Source: Podarcis cretensis (lineage: Eukaryota). From it: a stretch of DNA of 64,000 nt. The notes under the pieces were generated by a model that had not been told where the DNA came from, made no database searches, and saw only the letters and a list, made by a program, of their open reading frames with translations. Below are positions 31,900 through 44,484 of the stretch, piece by piece (positions within the stretch are counted from its first letter, which is position 1; every line of letters starts with the position of its first letter). Made by a program: the position numbers and the translations under genes. The stretch covers positions 29,698,001-29,762,000 of the forward strand of contig OX638162.1 in the NCBI GenBank assembly GCA_951804945.1. Direction: 5' to 3'.

Positions 31900-32722
31900 C
31901 TGGAAAGCAGAAACCCACATGTTAGGAGAGCCCAACAGTATCAAAGTGTCTCAATTCCCCCACATCAAACCCCCTAATTAGCCCCATGCTGAGGCCTGCT
32001 CCCTCCCAATGTATTCTGTAGCTAGGATCCACAGTACTGTCCTGTAGAAGAGCAAGGGGGGAGCCTCTGGAATCCTTTGGGTTTACCCCACCACCTGTAG
32101 GAGGCAGGGGCAATTTGAGCTGAACTTCTAGCTTCTAGACTGGTCCTGTTTCATGAGCCCCCCACTAAGGGATTGGGTTTTTCCAGTTAATTTCGGTTTT
32201 TATTTTTCTCTGCTTACAGCCACCCACCTCCTCCATACACCCTAGAGAGGGACATAGCTTTTTTAACCACATGGGTGAAGGTGGAGGAATTTGGGGGCAA
32301 AGATGCCTGCCCCCCCCCCGTTATGACCTGCCCCTGGGAGGTTCAAGGGAAACTGAACCAAAGGAAGTTATGGCAGTAGCTGGGCATTTACAGTGACCAT
32401 CCATCCTTCCTCCACCATACCATACTCATCACCCACAGCAGGGCTTTCCAGGCTGCTAAAGTCTGAGGGAGGGCCTGTTTGTTCCCTGCACATTTTTTGC
32501 AAAGTCTGCTTTATAGAGAGCATGGAGGAGTCAAGTTCAAGGCAGCTGGTCTCTCCGCCTGAGGATGGGAGGAGCCAACCCCAAAGGATTCCAAATGTCC
32601 CCCTCACTTCACTGCAGAACAGGACATTTACTATAAGAAAATTCTAGTTTTTTCTCTTCTGATTCTATTCCTATAGAAGATTATACAGCATTTGAATTTA
32701 GGACAGGTATTTAAACCAAGTA

Positions 32723-32930
32723 CAGTGGTACCTTGGGTTACAAACACTTCAGGTTACAGACTCCGCTAACCCGGAAGTAGTACCTCGGGTTAAGAACTTT
32801 ACCTCAGGATGAGAACAGAAATCGCATGGTGGCGATGGCCCCATTAGCTAAAGTGGTACCTCAGGTTAAGAACAGTTTCAGGTTAAGAACGGACCTCTGG
32901 AATGAATTTTCTTAACCCGAGGTACCACTG
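32723..32930 (+). mobile_element. Tc1/mariner (Tigger-like) MITE
   Basis: TIRs CAGTGGTACCTYGGGTTA; TA on both sides; second copy at 51682-51923. Confidence 0.9.
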
Positions 32931-33117
32931 TACCTGGTACTCAAGGATGAAGGAGATTTATCAGTGAGTTTTTTTCAAAGCTTCCTGTACTCTTGCCATC
33001 ACTTCCTGACTCAGCCAGCAGGATTCCAACAACATTCCCCCTGCTACTCCTGACTTTGTGCATGCCTGTCTGAGGTGGGGAGCAGATTGGAGCCAGACAG
33101 ATAATCAAAACACAATT

Positions 33118-33480
33118 GACGCAGGTGGCGCTGTGGGTTAAAGCCTCAGCGCCTAGGGCTTGCCGATCGAAAAGTCGGCGGTTCGAATCCCTGCGGCGGG
33201 GTGCGCTCCCGCTGCTCGGTCCCAGCGCCTGCCAACCTAGCAGTTCGAAAGCACCTCCGGGTGCAAGTAGATAAATAGGGACCGCTTACCAGCGGGAAGG
33301 TAAACGACGTTTCCATGTGCGGCTCTGGCTCTGGCCAGAGCAGCGATGTCACGCTGGCCACGTGACCCGGAAGTGTCTCCGGACAGCGCTGGCCCCTGGC
33401 CTCTTAAGTGAGATGGGCACACAACCCCAGAGTCTATCAAGACTGGCCCGTACGGGCAGGGGTACCTTTACCTTTACTTT
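33118..33480 (+). mobile_element. Sauria SINE (Squam1), near full length
   Basis: A box GTGGCGCTGTGGG, B box GGTTCGAATCC, (ACCTTT)n tail; nearly identical inverted copy at 53347-53707. Confidence 0.92.
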
Positions 33481-33539
33481 AAGAGAGACTGACTGGCCCT
33501 GCTCTATCCCAGAGGGTTTGTAGAGAAGAGAATGCTCTA

Positions 33540-33990
<451 letters not shown>

Positions 33991-34158
33991 GCTCCTTGCC
34001 AATCCACTGCCCTAGCACCAGCCACTCCAGCCATCCCAAGAGAAAAGAGGAACAGCTGCAATCTGCTTTGGGCTGAGGGACTTCCTCTTGGGAGAGGGGA
34101 CCTGGAGTGCAGGTCATGCCAGATTCCTTGAACCCTGCCATGGGCATTTCCCATGTAC

Positions 34159-34324
34159 CTTCCACGCGGGCTTCATCGGGGGTGATTGTGGCACACTTGA
34201 CAGCCACGCTGTATTTCTGGGTGGCCAGGGCAGAGTCTATGGTGACCTGGTCATCCGTCTGGTCCCGATTCGGCAGCCCCAAGTCAAAGTACTTCAGCTG
34301 GACATCTACGTTGGGCAGGATCAG
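34159..34324 (-). CDS. IDH2: IDH2 exon 3
   Basis: 166 nt; [21 protein letters not shown]...[13 protein letters not shown]. Confidence 0.97.
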
Positions 34325-35133
34325 CTGTGCCGGGATGGGAGGAAGGCAGTGAGGACAAAGGTATGTAGATGCAGACCCCGCAGTAGAGATCAACACACCA
34401 CCGAGCAAGTGCAGAAGGCCCATCAGAGATGTGCCCCAGAAAGCTTCCACACAATACCCTTCCCGTGCATGCAAAAAGCGCACTTAAAAAATTAATAATA
34501 ATTACATGTTATTCACACAATTCCCCTCCTGTTGCAAGGATGGTGTGTTCTGCAAGCTCCATTTGGTCTGTGGGGAAATGGGACACTAACCTGCCCCAGC
34601 CTCCCCAACTCCAAAGTTGGTGCCTTCTAGATATTTTGGACTACAACCCCCATCAGTCTCAGCCAGTAAAGCTCTGCTTCCATCAGCCCCACCATCATGC
34701 AGCCATGTTTGCTGGGACTTAAGGGAGTTGTAGTACAAAAGAGCTGAAGGGCACCAGGTTGGCAGGGGCTGCCTGACTTTATATAACTCATTCATTGCTG
34801 CATGTGGAATACGGCTGTGTTAAATGTCATCATCTGGTTTACCTAAGATATATCCAAGGATGTTGAAAATTGTAAGGAAAAAACCTGGCTCTCTCCCCAC
34901 ATCATTCGTAATGTTATAAATCTCTTATCATACTTCCCCTGGGAACTTTTTCAAAGCTGAGAAGCCCAGACCGCCTTAGCCTACTGGAAGAAACATCTTC
35001 CAGTCCTCTTTCTATTGCCCCTTTCCTCACCCTTCCACAAACTGTGAGCATATTAGAAACATGACTGTGCTTCCAATGCACATAGTCCTTGCTGCTTTAT
35101 TCCCAGCCCCTCGGATCCAAAACTTCCAGGTAC

Positions 35134-35225
35134 CTTCTCCTTGATGCCGGCCCAGATGATCCGGGTCATCTCGTCACCATCCATCTCTACCACAGGGTTG
35201 GCAACTTTGATCCTTTTGTCAGCAT
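35134..35225 (-). CDS. IDH2: IDH2 exon 2
   Basis: 92 nt; [30 protein letters not shown]. Confidence 0.97.
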
Positions 35226-36249
35226 CTGTGGAGAAATGTCAGAATGCTGAAGAGACACCAGAGACAACCTCCAACACCCAAACAATTGTGTGATGTGGGC
35301 TGTGCCAGGGTGCAGCTGCTAGAACCACTGGAAGAAAAATCCCAGGGCCTTGGCGTGTGTCTCTATCCCAGCACACCACTCTCAAAACAAATCCTTGTTG
35401 GGGTCTAGAGACTGATAAACTGTCTCCCTTGTGGAAGCTGCCTGCACTTCTCCTGCAAGCCTTTCTCCCTTTGTGTATGTAAACAGCAACTGACGCCGGT
35501 GCTTCTTAAGAATCTGAAATATTTCCCCAGCTCTACTGCGAATAGGCACAACACAGAGTGGAGCTAAAGCAGTCAGGCCAAGGTGCCTGCTGTGTCTACC
35601 CTGTGATTGACCCTGGCAGGAGAGAAAGTGAATTAACTGCTGCCCAGTGGCTCTCTAACTAATCCCAGCTGAGCCCAAAGCCCTGCTGACTTTCACAAGC
35701 CATAATCCAAGCACATTTGCCTGGGGTGAGGCTCCTCCGCTGGGGATCTGCCCGCAGCCCCTTTTCCACAGACTGGACCTGCAACTCTACTGCTCCAGCC
35801 AGTTGGTCAAGGGACAAGGTCACCCTCAGAGGACAGCAGGGGAGCAGCAGGCACACCCTCCCTCTGCGGCTTTCTCCCTGCCCCTCGGAGGGTGAGCTGG
35901 CACGGCGCTCCAACAGGTCCTGGAGCCAGCTGCTAGCTGTTCAAAGCAGGAATGGCAGGGCAGGGGGCAGCCAAATCCTCTGTTCGAGATCCACACACAG
36001 AGGAAGGAAAAGGAGTTTTGGTCATGCTGGAAAGAGGCCTCCTCAGCGGCTTAGCCTTAGGGTGTGCATGGGGGGGCTGTGGGGGGGGGGAGGTCTTCCA
36101 TGGCGACATAGAAGCAAAGCAACTGCCGGCCTACATTCCCAGGCCTGGCACAGCCTCAATGAGTAAAGCACGTATATGCAGACAGGGTCTTAATGCCCCC
36201 CCCCCAGGCCAGCTGTGTGCTGTGCCAGTTTCTGCTCCATGCAACAGGA

Positions 36250-37620
36250 TCCCGCCAAGCTGGCAAGCCTTCCGCCCGCCAACCCCCCCCCCACCCGGGC
36301 CACTTTCGAGACGGGGCAAAAGAGGGGCTGGCATGTGGGCCTCGCGTCCCCCAGCTGCAGGTCTCCCAGGAGAGACAATCTGCTCTCCTCCTCCAAGTCT
36401 CCCGGTGCCCCGAGGCGGGCAAAGCCGCCTTGGCCGCCCCGGAGTTGAGCGGGAGCGGCTCCACCCGAGGCGGCTCTAAATATAGTCCCTGGGGAGGCCC
36501 AGCATGGCAGGCGGGGCCGAGCGAGACCAGGCGCAGAGGAAGGCAGCCGGCGGGGCCCGGCGGGGCATCGCAAGGTCACCGGCGGACGGGGGGCCGGGGC
36601 GCTCCAGGACCCTGCCACACAAGGGCACGGCCATGGCGCCGGGCATCTCGGAGGGGGCAAACGCCTGGCCGGCTTCCTCGGGGCTAGAGAGGTGGCTCCC
36701 GTCGCCAGGCCTTGGGAGGGGGCAGCGCCGGGACCTTCTGCTCTAACCCCCCTCCATCTTTCCTCCACTCCCCCCCCCCTCCCGCCACTCACAGTGCCGG
36801 TGCGGCGGGCGCTGCGAGACGCTCAGCACAGGGAGCAGCGCGGCAGGAGAGCGGCCCAAAGCGGCCGAGGCGACGGCCGGAGCAACAGCGCGGAGGTAGT
36901 GGGCCATCGTGGCGGCGGACGGAGGAAGAGGAAATGGAGGACGTGCAGGCGGCGGTGGCGGCGGCGGCGGCAAAGAGGAGAAGCCGAGCAGCCGAGGCGC
37001 GCCAGGCGGAGCAGATGGAGCGGCCGCCCGCCTGCCCTGCCCCCTAAGTCCCCGCGCTTTGGGAACCTCCCCGTCGGGGCGGGGCGCCGAGGTCCAAAGC
37101 GGGCCACCCGGGAAATGGACACGCAGCGGCAGCAGCCATTGTTCTTTTACTGCCCCTTTGGCTCCCGTGAGTGCCACGCTCTTGCCCTCCCTTGGGCGAC
37201 AGCATCTCCACTGCCTTTGTTGCCCCCCCCCTCCCGCGTTACAAATGTGGCCTTCGCGGGGGCGCTGGGCGGCGGGATGCCCTAGACGCCCAGCACGGAG
37301 GGCTACCCAGCTCACTCCCCACTTCTTCGCCTTGTGCTTGGGTAACAGTAGCTGCAGCCGCCAGACAGGCAGGCGGGCGGGAGCGCCAAGGCCAGGCCTG
37401 GCTGCTGATAAAAGACATCCATCGAGACGAGAGGCGAAGGCCAGCTTCCCAGGATGCGCTCCTGTGCTGGACGTGGCCTGCCTGAGCCGCCGTCGGGGCT
37501 GAAGGGCATTGGCAGAGCCGGAGGGCATTGCGCCATTTGTTTGTACACTGACGGCAGCCGCCGGTCGCTACTAATCCAGGAATAGCCCCGGGGAAGAGGG
37601 CCCGGAGCAGAGCAGATCAG
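36250..37620 (-). promoter_or_regulatory. IDH2: CpG island / IDH2 promoter
   Basis: CpG-dense; GC box GGGGCGGGG ~37076; ETS CCGGGAAAT. Confidence 0.8.
36793..36907 (-). CDS. IDH2: IDH2 exon 1 (mitochondrial transit peptide)
   Basis: 115 nt; MAHYLRAVAPAVASAALGRSP...; donor GTGAGT; the 11 exons total 1356 nt = 451 aa + stop. Confidence 0.92.
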
Positions 37621-38099
37621 GGTCTAGGCTGGTGCCCAAGAGAGAAACCCCGTGGGGACTTCCTACGAGGGCCCTTCCTTCCATTTCGCCTGGAGGTGCA
37701 AGAAGCCCTCTTGACAACCCAGCCGGGGGGGGGGGGGGAGCCCCTTTGGGAAGGCAGGCACTGGGCCTGGAGGGTTAGTACCCATGGGCATGGTGGGGGT
37801 CGGAGCTGGCACTGAGCACAGTGCAATCCAAGCAGCCCTTGCTTTGCTCTCGGCTTGAACCACCCAGGGTCAGCACTGGCTCAACAAAAAAACAGCCTGG
37901 CTGCTGGATCAGTCCAAAGAGGGGCCACCCAGAATCCTGTCCTCATGGTGGCCAACCAGATACCCCAAAAGGAAAGCCACAAGCAGACCATGTGTGCACT
38001 TGTGATCCCCAGCAGCTGGCATTTAGAGGCACCCTGACTCCAGCAGTGGAGGCAGCGCAAAGCTATGCTCCTCTTCCTTCAATTTCTTTAATTCTTGTA

Positions 38100-38520
38100 T
38101 CTGTGGTCAGCCTCAGTTGGAAGACTTCACTGTTAAACATCTGTTAGCTTGCCCCTTATATAGAGACCCAAAAGATCATTTTCTGAAACCTTTGTTCACA
38201 GAAGCAAGCAGGTGCATCCCGGCAGAAACGGTCCATTTTACTTTGGGTGACAATAATAGCTTTGTAACACACAGTGTGGCCCTCTATCCACCAGCTGCAA
38301 ATAACTATCAGGAAAAGGGAGTTCGATAGAACACTATAAAGTTGTGGTGAGGTTTAATTTGAAATCAAACTGGATTTGAGTTTGTGGGTGTATCTGGCAA
38401 CCTCTGTCTTACATCACTGATGTTGCCTCATATTATGGATGTATGATCTCTATTGTTTTATTGGGACTGTGGCTGCAGGTTTCTAGCCTTTGGCTAGAAC
38501 AATAAACTTTGATTGACTGG
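38100..38520 (+). mobile_element. LINE 3' relic, RTE-X-like
   Basis: HLLACPLY...FVTHSVALY resembles a LINE ORF2 C-terminal zinc-knuckle region; AATAAACTTTGATTGA tail. Confidence 0.5.
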
Positions 38521-41185
38521 CACAGCCGGGACCTGACATGCTCTCAGGGCAGAAACACAAGAAAGGAGTCACACAAACACACTCACCAGCAACACCACCA
38601 ATCAGGAAGCAGCCGGCCAAGACCACCCCAGCTTGAGTTTGGGGAGAGAGGAGGAGTTGCCCCTCTGCCCTCTTGGCTGCAAGGCCTCAGCCAGCAGAGC
38701 AGTTGGGCAGTTTTAGACTTTGGACTTAATTCAATCCCTCAGTTTAATTCTGCCCATCACCCCCTTTAGAGTTGTGTGCTGGCTGTGTATGGGGTAGCGT
38801 TGTCCTGCCCATTCTGCCAAGTGGGGGCTTCTGCCCCAAAGCTCTGCCTCAAGGGCACCATATAGCTGACCCCTGCACCTCCACCCATCTAAGTTCCAAC
38901 CAAACAGGAGCTGGGGAGTCCAGCAGCACGTAGAGGGCCAAAGGCTCGCCCCACTCCAGTCCTGGTGGAGGTGCTACTAAGTTTGATGGGCCAATGTTCT
39001 TGACTAGATCAGAGGCAGCATGCATGGACTGCAACTCCCATCAGCCCCAGGCATAATGAGGCAACAGTGAAGGATGATGGAAGTTGTAGGCAAAGGTCTG
39101 CTTTGGAGGTTCCCCCTTACCCAGCCTTGCCTACCCAGTGGTTGGCCAGTTGGACATCCCCCTGGGGAAGAGAGGAGGGGGGGCAGGAAGGATAGGGGGC
39201 ACCAGGGCAGAGCCAGGGTTCCCTGTGTGTGAGAGAGAGGGAATCTCCAGGGCTGTGGGGGTCACTATCTGGGCTGCACTGGCTCATGCTGAGTGTGAGC
39301 ACTTGTGACAATAGAATATAACTGCTTCTTTCCTACATGCTCAAAATTCCTTGACCTTTTCATGCATGAACAAACCAGCCATCTGTTCTTCAGGTGCTTT
39401 CAGTTCTCTGTAATGGATTCCCATCCTTTAGACTACCTATCTGTGAAATGGGTAGATGTCTTCTAGAATGACTGTGCATAAGACTGCACTGGACCTGCAG
39501 CTTGACATGCTATTTGCCGCAGGGCTCACCGGCTGCTTGAGACACCTGCACTGGGCTCACTCATAGTTGCTACTCATGAGACAATTGGCATCTGAACTGT
39601 GTTGGGAGGATGTGCTTCTTGGCCATTGGAGATTGCACATGTAGCAGCTGTACATTTTGGACAAAGGGAACTTCATCCTTGAAGCACCAGCCTCTGCTTC
39701 TTGCCTCATGGGCACGGCTGGTTTGCCCTGAGCCACTGGGCTGCTCCCCTGGCAGCATGCTGGGCTCCAGGCTAGAGTTACTTGGCAAGAGCTGGCCGCT
39801 CTGGCCATGACTGGCTTCATCTTGGAGGAGGCCTCCTTGGTGCTGGACAGGCTTAGGCAATGGATCCAGGAGGGGAGAGGGCTCATGTGCTCGAATCCTG
39901 CTTTCAGGTTTCCCACCAGCATCTGGCTGGCTGCTGTGAGTACAGGATACAGGACTACATGAGCCCATTTGGCCTGATCTGGCAGTTTCTTCTTATGTTC
40001 CTAGTATTCTTTGATTGACTGAGCCAAGGAGCCAGACCCAGAGGCACTCCAAGAGGCCAGCCTGGTTACCTCCCCTACTTGGGAAGAGGCTTAGTACTGC
40101 TCTCCTTCTCACTTGGGCCTCCTTGACTCTGCTTCCCACAGGGCAGGAAAGGGTGTCAGTTTGGCACCCTGGTTGGTTGCAGGCAGGGTTGGGCACCCTT
40201 CCATGCAAACTCTGCATTTGCCCAGGATCCCTTTCAGCAGCAGCTGTGATCTTCTGGAATTGCCAGCCTCACCAACTTTCAGACAAGATCTTTTAATTGA
40301 GCACAGACTTGATGACTTAACAGACATTAAAGCACAAAGTTTCCTCATAATTACGGCGTGTAAAATCTTCTCATGGGTTGCAAAAGTTGTCTTGTTGGAT
40401 TTAGGCACCGCCTAGACTGTGGTCCTTTGCAGACCGCAATGTGCTTTTCAGGCAGGCCTGGAGAGACAATACGTGTCTCTCAGCTCCAAGATTAGGCATA
40501 TCGCATGTTTAGGGGAGGGTGAAAATGGAGTGGCTCTGGCTGCAAAAACGACCCAGCCACCCCCTGTGCCTATACACAATGTGTGGCAATGCACAAGTGG
40601 CTCTACTGACATCTCTCACAGAATTAGAGTGAGAAAACGGAAAGAGAACTTGAGTGGAATCTACACACATATTAAAAAAACACACACTATGAAAATGCTT
40701 TTTAAAAAAACGTTTTGAAAAATACATTGAATTTGCCATAGCTCACTGTCACCATCTAGTGTCACACAACACACTTAAGATGTTTTATTTGCAGCTGTGC
40801 AGCTGGAGTCCTAGCTCTTGGCAGGGCCCCTATTGTAACAGCCTGCATACAAACCCCCTGCTTCTGGACAAACCGAAAACTCAAAAGTGTCTAAATCTGA
40901 GGCCTGATTTGAGCTTGAGGACCCTGGCCAAATGGCTATCCTGCCTGCCCCCCCCCCATCGCCCTAATTGGCCCTGACTGTAAAAAGATGCAGCCACTCA
41001 CCAGTAGCAATGAGGGCTAGATTCTGGCATTTCTTCTTACCTTCTACTTACCTGTGGTAGCTTAGATCCAATGAAGCCATGTTTGTCTCTTGGACAAACG
41101 AGGCAAGATTGCAACTTTTTTTATGTGCACATATTTATAAAGATTCTCTTTAATGTCTTTGTTGTCCCCCACCCCGCCCAGGCTA

Positions 41186-41445
41186 GAGAGCCAGTGTGGT
41201 GTAGTGGTTAAAAGTGGTGGACTCGTAATCTGGTGAACCGGGTTTGCTCCTCCACATGCAGCTGCTGGGTGACCTTGGGCTAGTCACACTTCTCTGAAGT
41301 CTCTCAGCCCCACTCACCTCACAGAGTGTTTGTTGTGGGGGAGGAAGGGAAAGGAGATTGTTAGCCACTTTGAGACTCCTTGGGGTAGTGATAAAGTGGG
41401 ATATCAAATCCAAACTCTTCTTCTTCTTCTTCTTCTACTTCTTCT
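41186..41445 (+). mobile_element. tRNA-derived SINE with CORE/L2-like body and (CTT)n tail (Squam2-like)
   Basis: A box TGGTGTAGTGG; GGGTGACCTTGGGCTAGTCAC core; CTT tail. Confidence 0.75.
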
Positions 41446-41584
41446 CTCTCAAAAAAAAACCCCACCTATGCTGCTTGCTAAGGCTCATGCCCATATGGCA
41501 ATGCTTTCAAAAGCAGGATGGTTTAAACAGAAATGTTTCAGCTGGATTACAGAGGTTGGATGGCCTCCTGTCAGAGATTCTTTA

Positions 41585-41668
41585 GCTGTGATTCCTGCAT
41601 TGCAAGGGGTTAGACTAGATGACCCTTGGGGATCCCTTCCAACCCTACAATTCTATGAGTCTATGATC
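41585..41668 (+). mobile_element. CR1 3' end fragment
   Basis: GACTAGATGACCCTT...CCTTCCAACCCTACAATTCTATGA. Confidence 0.7.
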
Positions 41669-43149
41669 TGGGCTTGGAAAGTTCAGTTTTGGTCCCATTA
41701 TATAAATGAACCAATTTATTTGGGATTGGGATTGGTGACTAAAAGTCGCTAATCTGCATTAGAGTCTTCTTGTGGTTCTTACTGTGTTTTATTGCTGCAT
41801 GGTGATTATATTTAATTTTTGTCTTTGCTGACTGTGTGTTCCAGACTGGACGAGAGGTGGGAAGGAAAAGTCACAAACAAGCAGAAATAATCTCAGGAGC
41901 TTCATGGGGGCGGGGTATTGACCAGTGAGAACAAACAGGCACCCAAATGCAGAATAGCCAATGGTCAGGGGAGATGGGAATTGTTGTCCACAAACATCTG
42001 GAGAGCCCCCACACGATACTCCTTCCTACTCAAAAGGCTCCCCAGACAGAAAGGAACACCTGAAAAAAGGAGAAACTAAATACTTAGTGGGACGGAATGG
42101 GACATAGCATCAGTTGGTGAACAGAGCAGGAAAGAACAGCCCAGGAAACGAGCAAACAAAGCTAACCCATGACTTCTCTTGAACTTAAAACACATGATAA
42201 GCTTCTAAGCTTGACCACTCAGACAGCAGTTAAATGAGGTCCAGGCAACTCTTAAACAAACTACAAACATAGGAGATAGCACAGCTGAGCTGCAGAGCAA
42301 AGTACACGATGCGTTGTAAAAATATAAATGAAGAGTATCTCAAACAAGAAGACCTTGAAAAAGATGGCCCCCAAAAGCTTCATTTTCCGACTTTGCTAAA
42401 GCAGTAGGGGGTTCAGGCACAGAAATCTCCCTTGGAAGTTGACTTGGCCAGCTCCTGGACCTGGAAGAAATGGGCAAGGCCCCCATGCACTGAAGGTAAG
42501 TCCTGAGCAGGCTTGGAAGCTGGTGCCCCTGAGCCCTAACATGACTGCGGCCTCCACAATAAAGCATACACCATCTTTCTCCTCTCATGGAGAAGCAAAT
42601 ATCCCAGTGGAGGGGACTTGCAAGATTTATGCACAATAAAACAAAGGAGACAATGTTAGCTGAAGCCAGAAAAAAGATGCTCACTCAAATAATTGATTCT
42701 ACAAACTCTTTATTCCTGAAAAAATATTTTTATACCACCCTTCATTAATAATACCATGGTGGTTCAAAACAATGCAATTATATTAAAACTGGTACATTAA
42801 AATATATACAGTAATAAAATACATCACAGGCCAGCCAGATGCCACCCAAAAATGCCTTATGGGGTGACTTCAGCAAGCAGGAAAAGCCCATCAACGCTGG
42901 TGCCTTATTTCAAAGGAGAGGCCGTTCCAGAAGCTGGGTGCCACAACAGAAAAGTCCCTTATTTGGGTTGTTGCAGGAAGGATCTCAGCACATACCCAAG
43001 ACAAGCTCATCCAAGGATCCTTGCATTGGGCTAGTACATACAGGAGAAGGCTTTCCTTCAGGTAATCTCACTTCATTTATAGTGTTTTATACATCAAGAA
43101 AAAGAAAGATAAGCACAATATTTAAGGAAACAGTTTATCATCATCATCG

Positions 43150-43320
43150 TCATTATCCACTTTGCATACAGAATGTCCTAGGCTCAATCTCTGGTGGCAT
43201 TTCCAGGTAAGGATGGGAGATAACCCTGTCTGAAACCCTGGAGAGCTTCTGCTAGTCCGTGTAGACAGTGCTGAGCTAGATGGAACAATAGTCTGGCTCC
43301 GGGAAGGACACTTCCTGTGT
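43150..43320 (+). mobile_element. tRNA-derived SINE (Squam3-like)
   Basis: CTGAAACCCTGGAGAG...GTAGACAGTGCTGAGCTAGATGG body. Confidence 0.65.
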
Positions 43321-43657
43321 CTCTGTTACTTTCTCTCTCCCTTTTCCGTCTTTTGCTTTACAACCGGCCTGGAGAGGAGGCCTGGAGAACCTGGAATCTC
43401 CCTCCCTCCCTCCTGCCCTTTCTCCTAGTGAAGGGGTTGCTCTCTTGTGATTTGGAGGTGTTCTCTTCCTTGCATGAACCAATACAGCTCAGGACACATT
43501 TTGCTCTTTAACCTTCGTTTTATTTTGCTGGTTTTCTTGGCATACTTCTTAGTGGGTTTGAGCTGGAAGCCAAAGACAGTCAATGTCGCTTTCCTTTCTT
43601 CTGCTGCTGGCATTTTGCCGAGGAATATCACTGAAACAGACACCTGTCCTTGTAGGG

Positions 43658-44476
43658 CATGGGTGGACAAACTAAGGTCCATTGCCTTCTAGATCCGGCC
43701 TGCGGACGGTCCGGGAATCCAGACAGCCGGCATAGCGCGTGTGTGCACATGATGATTTTTGCGACTCAGCCAGGCTTGGGGGTCAAAAGTGAGGTGAGTG
43801 GCTGCTCAAGACAAGCCCCTTCTTCATCTGTCATGCACACGCATCAATCTTTGCTTCCAGGGTGGGGGTGGGGATTTCCACCATGGAGCTGCCGGCAACT
43901 GGCAGTTGCGGCGGCCGGGGCTTGGAGGCGCCTCGGGAGCGACGCCCGCTGGTGTCTGTGGCGGCAGTGCTCCCCGCCCAAGGAAGCAGGGAGCACGTGG
44001 GCAGCTGCACTCCAAAGCAGTTCTGCGCTCTGCTGGGGAGGCCGCTCGTTAGCCACACGGTGTGAGCCATGGAAAGGTAAATAGCTGCCGCCGCCTCGTC
44101 TTCCCTCACGGGGAGAAGAACGTTTTTGCTTGAGCGGCACTGGCCTAACTTAGCGTGGCCAACGGCTATTCCTTCACCCACACATGCACAAACACTCTCC
44201 AGGGCTGACAGAAATGGTGCGCTTACCTCAGCCCCCCACCCTGCCTTACGAGAGAAATAATAGCTGTCAACGTGTAAAACGCAAAGGAAGCAGCGTGGGT
44301 GTATGAAGGAACACCCCCTCCCAAAAAAAATCACATTTCGGCAACGTTGGGGTTAGTCCCAATAAGGGTTTTTGCCAAAAATGTGGGTCATAATCAAGGC
44401 AACATATAGTCCGGCCCCCTACAAGGTCTGAGGGACAGTGGACCGGCCCCCTGCTGAAAATGTTTGTTGACCCCTG
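43658..44476 (-). mobile_element. Non-autonomous hAT DNA transposon, 819 bp
   Basis: Perfect 8-bp TSD TTGTAGGG (43650-43657, 44477-44484); imperfect TIRs CATGGGTGGACAAAC / CAGGGGTCAACAAAC; subterminal sequence shared with 61348-61573. Confidence 0.88.
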
Positions 44477-44484
44477 TTGTAGGG

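Noticed and set aside
36190-37528. Several 160-260 aa overlapping ORFs
   Set aside because: GC-rich IDH2 promoter artefacts; only 36793-36907 is coding
39557-40739. Cluster of 90-130 aa ORFs between IDH2 and SEMA4B
   Set aside because: No recognisable motifs or consistent exon structure; partly a CR1-type relic
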